Source of the DNA: an uncultured Subdoligranulum sp.
Lineage (GTDB): Bacteria > Bacillota > Clostridia > Christensenellales > CAG-314
Assembly: GCA_964612455.1 (NCBI GenBank)
Contig: CAZTCB010000004.1
Location: forward strand, 3,350-67,349
DNA: 64,000 nucleotides
Direction: 5' to 3'
The notes below the pieces were generated by a model. The model made no database searches. It was not told the origin of the DNA and worked only from the letters and a program-made list of their open reading frames with translations. Below, in pieces: positions 9,874 through 19,058 of the stretch (the stretch's first letter is position 1; each line of letters opens with the position of its first letter). Made by a program: the position numbers and the translations under genes.

Positions 9874-10755
9874 ATGCGTTTGCAATCGAGATCGACGATA
9901 AATTACGTCGTCAAAAACTTTGTATTTTTATTGCCGTTTGTCGGCGTTCCCGCGATATTGCTTGCTTTTTTTCAGCCGCAGCAAGGTCCCGTGGATTTTT
10001 TTGCCGCGCTGTACGAGAGTACGTTCAACGGCGTTCCGATTGATTTTTCGGATTTTTACGGTTCGTTGTACGGGTATTTTTCTTTTGTCAACGCAGGCAA
10101 GGCGTTTTCGACGGATTTCAATATGATTTGGATATGGCTCGTAGTATTTGCGGTTACCGTTTTTTTCGTGTGTCTGACGACCTCTTTCGTCGAACGTCAC
10201 ATCAGATTCGGGACGCGAAAGTACCTGAGGGTATTGAGGAGTCTTAACGAAGTCGCGATGTACATCATGCCGTTTGTCGTGTTGTTGGTAGCGGCGTTTG
10301 AGATACTGATGCTTATCCTGTGCGGGCTTATCATGTTGTTGTCACAGATAGGAGGGATGGCGTTTTACGTCATAGCTGTTTTTTTGGCCGTTATTTTTTA
10401 CGAAGGTTACTTCGTCGCCGCGGCATTGGTATTGCTTACTCCACCGTGTATGTTTTTTGACGGTTACAAATTTAATTCCGCGATAGGTTATTCGATACAT
10501 CTGAGTACGCAACATCTCAAAGAAATGGTAAAAGATACTTTGTTGCCGTTGGTCGTGTCGCAGGTGTTGCTGTCCGTTTTAAAATACTTGGTCGGTTTGT
10601 CTCCTTCGGAAACCACGGCGTTCTTTTTGACAGTAGGACTTAAATTTTTGTTTTATCTGTGGTGGTTGGTATACCTGCCTTGCTTGTCTTGTTGTAAATA
10701 TGCCAACTTTACCGAAATGAAACGCGCCGATTTAAAAATGAAAATATTCGGGTAG
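9874..10755 (+). CDS. polytopic membrane protein, unknown function
   Basis: 293 aa. AAAGGAGGG RBS. About 6 hydrophobic segments. No family motif recognised. Confidence 0.65.
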   Translation: MRLQSRSTINYVVKNFVFLLPFVGVPAILLAFFQPQQGPVDFFAALYESTFNGVPIDFSDFYGSLYGYFSFVNAGKAFSTDFNMIWIWLVVFAVTVFFVCLTTSFVERHIRFGTRKYLRVLRSLNEVAMYIMPFVVLLVAAFEILMLILCGLIMLLSQIGGMAFYVIAVFLAVIFYEGYFVAAALVLLTPPCMFFDGYKFNSAIGYSIHLSTQHLKEMVKDTLLPLVVSQVLLSVLKYLVGLSPSETTAFFLTVGLKFLFYLWWLVYLPCLSCCKYANFTEMKRADLKMKIFG

Positions 10756-10767
10756 GAGGAAAAATCG

Positions 10768-11730
10768 ATGCATTTTAAAAAGACGTTGAGCCTTGCTTTT
10801 AATACGTATTCGGTGCATATAAAATCCCTGTTGATTCAGCTTCTTGCGGTAGCCTTTGCGGCGGCGATAGTCGCGCTGTTTTTCGTCAACGCGGGCGGAC
10901 GACTGGTGGAAAAAATCAAAGAAGAAAAAATAATAGAACAAGCTACCGAGATTGTAGAGGCGGTAGTGGACGGAAAGACGGCGGACGAAGACGATTTTGA
11001 CGAAAAAATCGTCGGTTTTATGGACAGCGTCAAAGAAATCTTTACCGCGGTGCCAAACCTCGTTGAAAAAGCTCCCGTCGCAGTATGGTTGTTTATATTG
11101 CTCGTATACGCGATGTATTTCTTTTTCGGTTTGACTTTGTACAACAATATGTTCGTAATCAACAAATTTGCGTCTACCAACGTGCTCGGTTTTTATCTTT
11201 GGGCTTACGTTAAGGAGTTTAAAAACAACGTCAGGCTCAATTGGGCGGCGTCGCTCTTGTGCTGCTTGATGGACACGAGTATATTGATGACGATAGTCGG
11301 CGTATACGTCGTCGCTTTTTCGGGATGGGGAGTAGTCGGCGTGGTTGTGTCGGTGTTGCTCCTCGTGTTTTTAATGAGTCTTCGTCGTACCGTCCTTGCG
11401 TATTGGGTACCCGCGTTTGTTACGGAGGAATGCGGAATAAGCGATGCGTTTAAAAAGGGCGTGGGTATGATGCTTGACGATTTCGGAAAATTGCTGTTAA
11501 AAACCTTTATCGTCATATTCGTCGCCGTCGCTTTGTGCATATCGTCCATGCTGGTGTTTAGCGTAGTGTGGTCGGGGGTGGTAATAACGTTGATTTGCCT
11601 GCTCGCCGGTCACTATCTCACTTGCGCTTACGTCGTTGATTATTACGAACAGAGCGGCAAAACCTATTTTACAAAAAAAGTTGACCTTGCGGCACTGACG
11701 GGTGACGGCGAAAATACCTTAGAAGACTGA
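10768..11730 (+). CDS. polytopic membrane protein, unknown function
   Basis: 320 aa. AGGAGGA RBS. N-terminal TM, an acidic roughly 70-aa loop, then about 5 TM. Architecture is loosely DUF975/YesL-like (weak). Confidence 0.65.
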   Translation: MHFKKTLSLAFNTYSVHIKSLLIQLLAVAFAAAIVALFFVNAGGRLVEKIKEEKIIEQATEIVEAVVDGKTADEDDFDEKIVGFMDSVKEIFTAVPNLVEKAPVAVWLFILLVYAMYFFFGLTLYNNMFVINKFASTNVLGFYLWAYVKEFKNNVRLNWAASLLCCLMDTSILMTIVGVYVVAFSGWGVVGVVVSVLLLVFLMSLRRTVLAYWVPAFVTEECGISDAFKKGVGMMLDDFGKLLLKTFIVIFVAVALCISSMLVFSVVWSGVVITLICLLAGHYLTCAYVVDYYEQSGKTYFTKKVDLAALTGDGENTLED

Positions 11731-11753
11731 CCGATTTTCGTACGGAGACGACA

Positions 11754-13958
11754 ATGATAAATTTAAATCCTCAACAAAAAGAAGCGGCAAACGCATTGGA
11801 AGGTGCCGTAATGGTACTTGCCGGCGCAGGTAGCGGCAAGACGCGCGTTCTTACCGAGCGCATAGGCAATCTCGTCAACGGCGGCGTGCTTCCTTATCAT
11901 ATTTTAGCGATAACTTTTACCAACAAAGCGGCGGCGGAAATGAAAGAACGTCTTGCCGATACGTGTTCTACGCGTGGCATGACGGTTTGTACCATACACA
12001 GCATGTGCGCGAGGATACTGCGCGAAGACGCGGATAAATTCGGTTATTCTAAAAACTTTACTATATACGACGCTACCGATGTAAAACGCGTCGTTAAAAA
12101 ACTTTTTAAACGTTTTTATCCGCACGAGGACAGTAAGGCGGCGGAAAAATACGCATCCGAAACTTTGACGGTCTTGTCGTCCGTCAAAAACGACGGTCTC
12201 TCTCCGTCGGACGGATTGGACGACGATCTTTTGTGCTTTTGCAGTGACGCAGAAGTAGTAAAAAAGTTGGTCGTCGAGTATCAAAAACAACTCAAACTCT
12301 CGGATTGCATGGATTTTGACGATTTGTTACTCAACGTATACGTACTTTTAAGGGATAACGGAGAGGTGCTCGACAAATATCGTCAACGTTATCGGTATAT
12401 CAGCGTAGACGAGTTTCAGGATACCAATACCGTGCAATATAAAATTTTCAGATTGCTTGCCGGTGACGACGGCAATATTTTCGTCGTCGGCGACGATGAC
12501 CAGTCCATATACGGTTGGCGCGGCGCAAACGCCGACAATATGCAAAAGTTTAAAAAAGATTACCCCTCCGCACGAGTGTTTTATCTCGAGCAAAATTACC
12601 GCAGTACGAAAAAAATCTTAGAGGTGGCAAACACCCTTATTAAAAAAAACGACGGGCGTTTTGACAAAACTCTTTGGACGGAAAACAACGACGGCGTCAG
12701 AGTAGAAAACTATTCCGCACGGGACGAGGCCGACGAAGCGAGGTTTTGCATTCAACAAGTCGCCGCTCTCTTAAGCAGGGGGTACAGGTACGGAGATTTT
12801 GCGATACTCATGCGCGTAAACGCGTTGTCTCGGTCTTTTGAGCAAGAATGTATGAGTTACGGTATACCGTTTAAAGTATTCGGCGGCTTTAAATTTTTTG
12901 AAAGAAAGGAGATTAAAGACGTTACGGCGTACCTTCGTCTTATAGTCAATCCGAGTGACGACGAGGCTTTTTTGCGGGCGATAGGCACGCGCAAGGGTAT
13001 AGGCGACGCAACCCTCGGTAAACTTTCGTCCTACGCCGCCGAAAAAGGCATTTCGTTGCTCGCGAGTCTGTCGACCATTGAGTCCGACGGAGTTTTTAAT
13101 AAAGGTACGGGAGAAAAACTGCGCGCTTTCGGCAACGATATCCGCAACCTGCGGAATACCTCTTTGACGGAAACGGTAGGACAGACGGTTAACGCGGCGA
13201 TAGCATTGAGCGGTCTGACGGCGGAGAGCAGAACCGACGAGGATCGTTCTCGCATAGAAAACTTAAACGAGTTGACGTTGTCCGCGTCCGAGTTTGCTAC
13301 GGACAATCCCGACGCCGACCTTACCGATTATCTTGAAAGTATAAGTTTAAAGAGCGATATCGACGAGATGAACGCCGACGATTATTTATCCATTGCCACC
13401 ATTCATGCGGCAAAGGGACTTGAATGGAACGTGGTTTTTGTCGTCGGTATGGATGACGGAGTTTTTCCCGGAAACAGAGCGATGGCAGACTTAAATCAAA
13501 TGAAGGAAGAACGCCGTCTGGCTTACGTTGCCGTCACTCGCGCGAGAGAAAGGCTTTTTGTCACCCGCGCGCAGAGGAGATTTTTGTACGGCGAATGGAA
13601 GTATATGGTAGCGAGTCGATTTTTTAAGGACGTCGTCGGCGAGCCTCAGCGCGAACAACGTTATGACGCCGACGGAGTACCTAAGTTTGACGTCATGCCT
13701 TTATCCTCGGCGGTAAAGACAAATTCTACCATGACCTACAACGAATCGAGTTTCGGAGTTACGCAAAGGGTTTCGCAAACCGCAAAACCGATTTCGCCTT
13801 CTGCACAGTCATTAAAGGCCGGGCAAAAAGTTTTTCACAAACTCTACGGCGAGGGCATGGTACTCAACGTAAACAACGGCAACGCAGACGTTTTGTTTGT
13901 TTCCGTCGGCAAAAAAACGCTCAATCTTAGATTTGCGCCGTTGCAACCGATTGATTAA
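11754..13958 (+). CDS. pcrA: ATP-dependent DNA helicase PcrA (UvrD/Rep family)
   Basis: 734 aa. Walker A AGAGSGKT, motif II DEFQDTN, and SF1 motifs through VAVTRARERL. Upstream of ligA, as in Bacillus. Confidence 0.92.
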   Translation: MINLNPQQKEAANALEGAVMVLAGAGSGKTRVLTERIGNLVNGGVLPYHILAITFTNKAAAEMKERLADTCSTRGMTVCTIHSMCARILREDADKFGYSKNFTIYDATDVKRVVKKLFKRFYPHEDSKAAEKYASETLTVLSSVKNDGLSPSDGLDDDLLCFCSDAEVVKKLVVEYQKQLKLSDCMDFDDLLLNVYVLLRDNGEVLDKYRQRYRYISVDEFQDTNTVQYKIFRLLAGDDGNIFVVGDDDQSIYGWRGANADNMQKFKKDYPSARVFYLEQNYRSTKKILEVANTLIKKNDGRFDKTLWTENNDGVRVENYSARDEADEARFCIQQVAALLSRGYRYGDFAILMRVNALSRSFEQECMSYGIPFKVFGGFKFFERKEIKDVTAYLRLIVNPSDDEAFLRAIGTRKGIGDATLGKLSSYAAEKGISLLASLSTIESDGVFNKGTGEKLRAFGNDIRNLRNTSLTETVGQTVNAAIALSGLTAESRTDEDRSRIENLNELTLSASEFATDNPDADLTDYLESISLKSDIDEMNADDYLSIATIHAAKGLEWNVVFVVGMDDGVFPGNRAMADLNQMKEERRLAYVAVTRARERLFVTRAQRRFLYGEWKYMVASRFFKDVVGEPQREQRYDADGVPKFDVMPLSSAVKTNSTMTYNESSFGVTQRVSQTAKPISPSAQSLKAGQKVFHKLYGEGMVLNVNNGNADVLFVSVGKKTLNLRFAPLQPID

Positions 13959-13969
13959 AGGAAAGAAAA

Positions 13970-15928
13970 ATGAAAGACGAACGACTTTTTGACATGCGAG
14001 TACTCGTGGACAAACTCAACGCATGGGCGAAAGAGTATTATACTTTAGATTCTCCTACCGTTTCGGATGAAACTTACGACGCGGCGTACGATCGCCTGCT
14101 TTTGCTCGAAAAACAAACGGGAGTGATATTGCCCGACAGTCCGACGCATAGGGTTGGCGGTCAGATACTCGATAAATTTCAGGAGCACAGACACCTTACC
14201 CGTCTGTATAGCCTCGACAAGGCTCAGAGTTTCGGCGAGTTAAAGAGTTGGTATGACAAAATAGTTAAAGACGCTCCGTCCGCGGAGTTTACCGTCGAAT
14301 TAAAGTACGACGGATTGACGTTAAATCTGACTTACGACGGGGGAAAACTGCAGACAGGTGCGACGCGCGGCAAAGGAGTAGTCGGCGAAAACGTAACGGC
14401 TCAGGCAAAAACGATAAAATCCGCTCCGTTGTCGATAGGTTTCGATAAACTCATAGAGATACAGGGCGAGGCTATAATGCACCTTTCGGCATTAAAAAAA
14501 TACAACGACCTACACGCTGACGATACTATCAAAAACGCCCGAAACGGAGCGGCAGGCGCAATAAGAAATCTCGATCCGTCGGTGACTGCGAGTCGCAATC
14601 TCGACGTCGTTTGTTATTCCGTTGGTTACGACGGCGGTAGCGGTGTGCGGTCGCAGGAAAGTCTGGTGCGCTTTTTGCGCGACAACGGTTTTCGTACGAG
14701 CGATTATTTTAAAAAGGTCAAGACCTTTGAAGAAATAAAGAATTGTATCGAAGAGATAGGCGCGTCCCGCGAAAAACTCGATTTTTTGATTGACGGCGCG
14801 GTAGTAAAGGTCAATGATTTTTCGATAAGAGAAAATCTCGGTTTTACCGACAAGTTTCCGCGTTGGGCGATAGCGTTTAAGTTTAAGGCGGAAGAAGTAG
14901 TGACTACGTTAAAGTCCGTCGAGTGGCAGGTCGGTCGTACGGGTAAACTCACTCCGCTCGGTCATCTCGAACCGATAGAACTGTGCGGCGCCACTATTTC
15001 GCGCGCGACGCTAAACAATTACGACGACGTATTGAGAAAAAACCTCAGCGTCAACAGCCTCGTGTTCGTTCGCCGCAGCAACGACGTTATCCCGGAGGTA
15101 CTCGGGCTTGCCGAAACTACCGAAAAAAGTCAACCTATTTTACCGCCCGACGTTTGTCCGGTGTGCGGTACGCTTCTCGTGACTAAAGGCGCCAACTTGT
15201 TTTGCCCCAATACTTACGGGTGCGAAAAACAAATAGAAGCGCGATTAACTCATTTTTGCTCTAAAAACGCTTTCGACATAGAGGGAGTCAGTAAAAAAAC
15301 GATATTGCAACTCATGCAAATCGGCGTTTCGTCTCCGATAGATTTGTACTCCTTGACGAAAGAAAGGTTACTTTCTCTTGACGGGTTTAAGGATAAAAAA
15401 GCTCAAAATTTTATCAACGCAATCGAAAAAAGCAAATCGGTGCGGTTGTCGTCCTTTATTTACGGGCTCGGTATAGAAAACGTCGGCATCGTTACGGCGA
15501 GAGAGTTTGCGCGCGTGTTTAACAGCGTCGACGATTTGTCCGCCGCCCCGCAGGAACGCTTGATTGAGATAGACGACGTCGGCGAGGTGGTTGCGCAAAG
15601 CGTGATTGACTTTTTTGACGGAGAATACGGCAAAGCTTTGGTTGGCGGATTGAAATCAATCGGTATAAATCCGCGGTTTGTTTCCGAAAAAACCGACGGC
15701 GTTTTTAGCGGAAAAAAGATTGTGCTCACCGGTAGCCTGACGTCGTATACCCGTAGTGCCGCCGCTTTAGAAATAGAAAAACGCGGAGGTACCGTCGCTA
15801 CGTCGGTGACCAACGACGTCAATCTCGTAATAGCGGGTAGCGATGCCGGTAGCAAACTGACCAAGGCGGTAGAAAAGGGCATAGAGATATGGGACGAATC
15901 CGCCTTTGTCGATGCATTAAAAAATTAA
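13970..15928 (+). CDS. ligA: NAD-dependent DNA ligase
   Basis: 652 aa. Adenylation motif ELKYDG, Zn finger CPVCGTLL..CPN..C, HhH region and C-terminal BRCT. Confidence 0.93.
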   Translation: MKDERLFDMRVLVDKLNAWAKEYYTLDSPTVSDETYDAAYDRLLLLEKQTGVILPDSPTHRVGGQILDKFQEHRHLTRLYSLDKAQSFGELKSWYDKIVKDAPSAEFTVELKYDGLTLNLTYDGGKLQTGATRGKGVVGENVTAQAKTIKSAPLSIGFDKLIEIQGEAIMHLSALKKYNDLHADDTIKNARNGAAGAIRNLDPSVTASRNLDVVCYSVGYDGGSGVRSQESLVRFLRDNGFRTSDYFKKVKTFEEIKNCIEEIGASREKLDFLIDGAVVKVNDFSIRENLGFTDKFPRWAIAFKFKAEEVVTTLKSVEWQVGRTGKLTPLGHLEPIELCGATISRATLNNYDDVLRKNLSVNSLVFVRRSNDVIPEVLGLAETTEKSQPILPPDVCPVCGTLLVTKGANLFCPNTYGCEKQIEARLTHFCSKNAFDIEGVSKKTILQLMQIGVSSPIDLYSLTKERLLSLDGFKDKKAQNFINAIEKSKSVRLSSFIYGLGIENVGIVTAREFARVFNSVDDLSAAPQERLIEIDDVGEVVAQSVIDFFDGEYGKALVGGLKSIGINPRFVSEKTDGVFSGKKIVLTGSLTSYTRSAAALEIEKRGGTVATSVTNDVNLVIAGSDAGSKLTKAVEKGIEIWDESAFVDALKN

Positions 15929-15944
15929 AAACAGAAAAAACGCT

Positions 15945-15972
15945 TTGATTATGGCAAACGTTGTGCTATAAT
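15945..15972 (+). promoter_or_regulatory. sigma-70-type promoter (extended -10) upstream of the gatA-like gene
   Basis: TTGATT-16 nt-TGcTATAAT, 48 nt upstream of the ATG at 16020. Confidence 0.5.
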
Positions 15973-16019
15973 AATTAGTCGATAACAAGCAAAAGAGAGA
16001 CCTTTGGGGAAAAACATAC

Positions 16020-17375
16020 ATGGATATCGAAAGTACGTCATTGACGCGGATTTCACGCGCTATCTCAGAGAAAAAAATTTCGGCGGTTGAGCTAAATCGC
16101 CGTTGTTTCGATATTTTTAAAGCTACGAGACGTCTTAATGCGTTTACCGAGGCGGACGAAGAGTACGTTATGGCTCAGGCAGCCGCCGTGGATAAAAAAA
16201 TCGCGTCAGGCGAACGAGTAGGTGCACTTGCCGGTATACCTATAGGGGTAAAAGACAATATGACTACCGAGCATTACGCTACTACTTGCGCGAGTCTTTG
16301 TTTTAAAGGCAAAGAGTTTCTCCCTAAGACCGATTGCGGCGTAGTGAAAAAACTTCGCGATGCGGACGCCGTCATTTTCGGTAAAACCAACATGGACGAA
16401 TTTGCAATGGGTTATACGGGTACCAATTCCGTCTACGGAGAGGTTTTAAACCCGTTTGCCGAGGCTTACAGCGCAGGCGGCAGCAGTAGCGGTAGTGCCG
16501 CGGCGGTGGCGGCGGGATGCGTTTTCGGCGCTCTCGGCAGCGATACCGGCGGCAGTATTCGCCAGCCGGCGGCAAATTGCGGCGTGGTCGGGCTAAAACC
16601 CACGTTTGGTGCCGTTTCGCGAGAGGGAGTGTTTCCGCTTAGCGATTCACTCGATCATGTCGGTTGTCTGACTACTACGACGCAAGACTGTGCGAAACTT
16701 TTTGGCGTGATAAAAAACGTACCCGCAAATTTCGACGACGCGTTTTTGCCGTCAAGCCGTAGATTGAAGGTGGCTTATCTTGCCGATTTCGGCAACGCTT
16801 TCGTCGACGACGACGTTTTGACGGCTTATTTCAAATCGGTGGAGAGTTTAAAGCGTCTCGGTTACGCCGTGGAGGGTATCGATTTTGATTTAAACAAACG
16901 CATAGCCGACACGTACCGCGTACTTTGTTGTACCGAAGGCGTGCTGAGTTTTAAGCGATTTAACGCAAAGTTTCCCGACGCCATAGATTTTTCAAAATGC
17001 ATGCGAGAGGTCGTGAGCCGCGTAAATTTCGGCAAAAAGATACTTGCGGACGATCCCTCGGCAATAACCCGCGCAAACATGGTCAGGGAAGAAACGAAAG
17101 TAAAAATCGCCAACGTTTTGTCGTCGTACGACGTCATAGTCAGTCCGACGACATTGTTGCGGGCGGCAAGACGCGATGAAGAAATCCCTGCGGAAAAAGG
17201 TTTTACGTCCGATTTGTTTTCCATCGTTTGCAACCTGACGGGGATACCCGCTATAAGCGTACCGATGGGTAAGGATTTAAACGGAGTGCCTATGGGGTTT
17301 CAGGTTATGTCGGCTGCCGACAGAGAAATCGATTTGTTTAAGGTCGCTTACGACTTTGAGCAGGTAGTTAAATAA
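16020..17375 (+). CDS. gatA: amidase-signature enzyme, GatA-like (Glu/Asp-tRNA amidotransferase subunit A family)
   Basis: 451 aa. Ser-cisSer-Lys landmarks GVKDN, GGSSSGSAAAVAAG, GSDTGGSIRQPA. Occupies the position after pcrA-ligA where gatCAB sits in Bacillus, but no gatC or gatB adjoins it. Confidence 0.65.
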   Translation: MDIESTSLTRISRAISEKKISAVELNRRCFDIFKATRRLNAFTEADEEYVMAQAAAVDKKIASGERVGALAGIPIGVKDNMTTEHYATTCASLCFKGKEFLPKTDCGVVKKLRDADAVIFGKTNMDEFAMGYTGTNSVYGEVLNPFAEAYSAGGSSSGSAAAVAAGCVFGALGSDTGGSIRQPAANCGVVGLKPTFGAVSREGVFPLSDSLDHVGCLTTTTQDCAKLFGVIKNVPANFDDAFLPSSRRLKVAYLADFGNAFVDDDVLTAYFKSVESLKRLGYAVEGIDFDLNKRIADTYRVLCCTEGVLSFKRFNAKFPDAIDFSKCMREVVSRVNFGKKILADDPSAITRANMVREETKVKIANVLSSYDVIVSPTTLLRAARRDEEIPAEKGFTSDLFSIVCNLTGIPAISVPMGKDLNGVPMGFQVMSAADREIDLFKVAYDFEQVVK

Positions 17376-17407
17376 AACATAAATATCGGTAAAAAGAGGA
17401 AAAGATA

Positions 17408-18283
17408 ATGAAAAGTATGACGGGTTACGGCAAAGGTACGGCAAATTGTTTAGGGCGTACGCTTACCGTGGAGTTAAAGAGCGTCAATCACCGATATCTC
17501 GATATCGCTTTCAGGCTTCCGCGCGCTTTTTTAGCTTACGAAGATCAATTCAGACAGTTGCTTTCGGTAGGATTGAGCCGCGGACATGTTGACGTCTACG
17601 TCAATTACGAGGATTGTTCGGACAGACCTAAAAAGCTGCATGTAGACATAGGGCTTGCGTCGAGTCTCGTCGAGACGTCAAAACGCTTGCAGGAGCAGTT
17701 TGATATAAAAAACGATTTCAACGTCAACAGTTTGCTCAAGAGTCAGGACGTGCTCACCGTATTGCACGAAGACGACGATCCCGAAATAGTAAAAAAACTT
17801 ATATCCGACAGCGTTTCGGCAGCAGTCGCCGATCTCAACTTGATGCGTGAGATAGAAGGCAACAAACTTGCCGTTACGTTAAACGGTTTCGTAGACAGTA
17901 TAGAAAAAACGGTAGACGATATTTCGGCTTTTGCTCCGAGCGTCGTTGAAGATTATCGCGAAAAACTCAGAGCGCGTATTGCCGAAGCTCTTGCGGACGT
18001 CGCAATTGACGAAAGTAAACTTGCAAATGAAGTTTGCTTTTTCGCCGACAAAAGCAATATCGATGAGGAATTGGCACGTTTGAGGAGTCATATAGCTCAA
18101 ATCAGACGGATTTTGGCGGAAAAAGAACCCGTCGGTCGCAAGCTCGATTTTTTGGTACAGGAGTTTAACCGAGAGGCAAACACGATTTGCAGCAAGTCCA
18201 ACAACGTCTCGCTCACCAATCTCGCTTTGTCGCTAAAAAACGATATAGAAAAAGTCAGAGAACAGATTCAAAACGTGGAATAG
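17408..18283 (+). CDS. yicC: YicC family protein (YloC homologue)
   Basis: 291 aa. Begins MKSMTGYG. C-terminal DEELARL..H and EFNREANTI motifs typical of YicC. Confidence 0.88.
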   Translation: MKSMTGYGKGTANCLGRTLTVELKSVNHRYLDIAFRLPRAFLAYEDQFRQLLSVGLSRGHVDVYVNYEDCSDRPKKLHVDIGLASSLVETSKRLQEQFDIKNDFNVNSLLKSQDVLTVLHEDDDPEIVKKLISDSVSAAVADLNLMREIEGNKLAVTLNGFVDSIEKTVDDISAFAPSVVEDYREKLRARIAEALADVAIDESKLANEVCFFADKSNIDEELARLRSHIAQIRRILAEKEPVGRKLDFLVQEFNREANTICSKSNNVSLTNLALSLKNDIEKVREQIQNVE

Positions 18284-18290
18284 GTGCAAA

Positions 18291-18854
18291 ATGAATAAGG
18301 GAAGGTTATTTGTGGTCAGCGGTCCGAGCGGCGTTGGCAAAGGGACTATAGTAGAAAAACTGATGCCGCTTTGTCCAAACATGGCGTTGTCCGTTTCGGC
18401 GACCACTCGCCAACCGAGAGTAGGCGAAAAAGACGGAGTGCACTATTATTTTTTGACGCGAGAGCAGTTTGACGAAACGGTAAAAACCGACGGTTTTTTG
18501 GAGTATGACGATCATTTTAAAAATTGTTACGGCACTCCGAAAAAATTTGTTTTCGATTGCCTTAACGAAGGTAAAGACGTGTTGCTCGAGATAGACGTAC
18601 ACGGAGCTTTGAGAGTAAAGGATAATTATCCTATGGCGGTTTTGATATTTATTCTCCCGCCGAGTATAGACGAATTGCGTCATCGCCTGATTTGTCGCAA
18701 CACTGAGGCTCCCGAAAAAATAGAAGAGCGTATAGCTCGTCTCGAGGAGGAAGTTTCGCTCAAAGACCGATACGATTTTACGGTTGTCAACGATGACTTA
18801 AATGCGGCGGTCGACGCCGTTTTAAAGATAATAAAAGACGAAAATAAAGAATAA
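18291..18854 (+). CDS. gmk: guanylate kinase
   Basis: 187 aa. P-loop GPSGVGKGT. TTR..R.GE..G..Y.F pattern. Confidence 0.92.
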   Translation: MNKGRLFVVSGPSGVGKGTIVEKLMPLCPNMALSVSATTRQPRVGEKDGVHYYFLTREQFDETVKTDGFLEYDDHFKNCYGTPKKFVFDCLNEGKDVLLEIDVHGALRVKDNYPMAVLIFILPPSIDELRHRLICRNTEAPEKIEERIARLEEEVSLKDRYDFTVVNDDLNAAVDAVLKIIKDENKE

Positions 18855-18866
18855 AGGAGAATTATT

Positions 18867-19058
18867 ATGGCAAAATATGCAACCGACGACTTGGCTAAAA
18901 AAGTGGGTAACAAGTATTTATTGGCATGCGCTGTTTCAAAACGTGCTAAAACTCTCAATATAATGCAAGAAAAAGACGAACTTGCAAGCAATATCAGGAC
19001 AATCAACTACGCCGCGGCAGAGTTGATGGAAGACAAAGTCAGGATTGTAAACGAATAA
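18867..19058 (+). CDS. rpoZ: DNA-directed RNA polymerase subunit omega
   Basis: 63 aa. NKY.L....SKRAK motif. Conserved position between gmk and coaBC. Confidence 0.8.
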   Translation: MAKYATDDLAKKVGNKYLLACAVSKRAKTLNIMQEKDELASNIRTINYAAAELMEDKVRIVNE

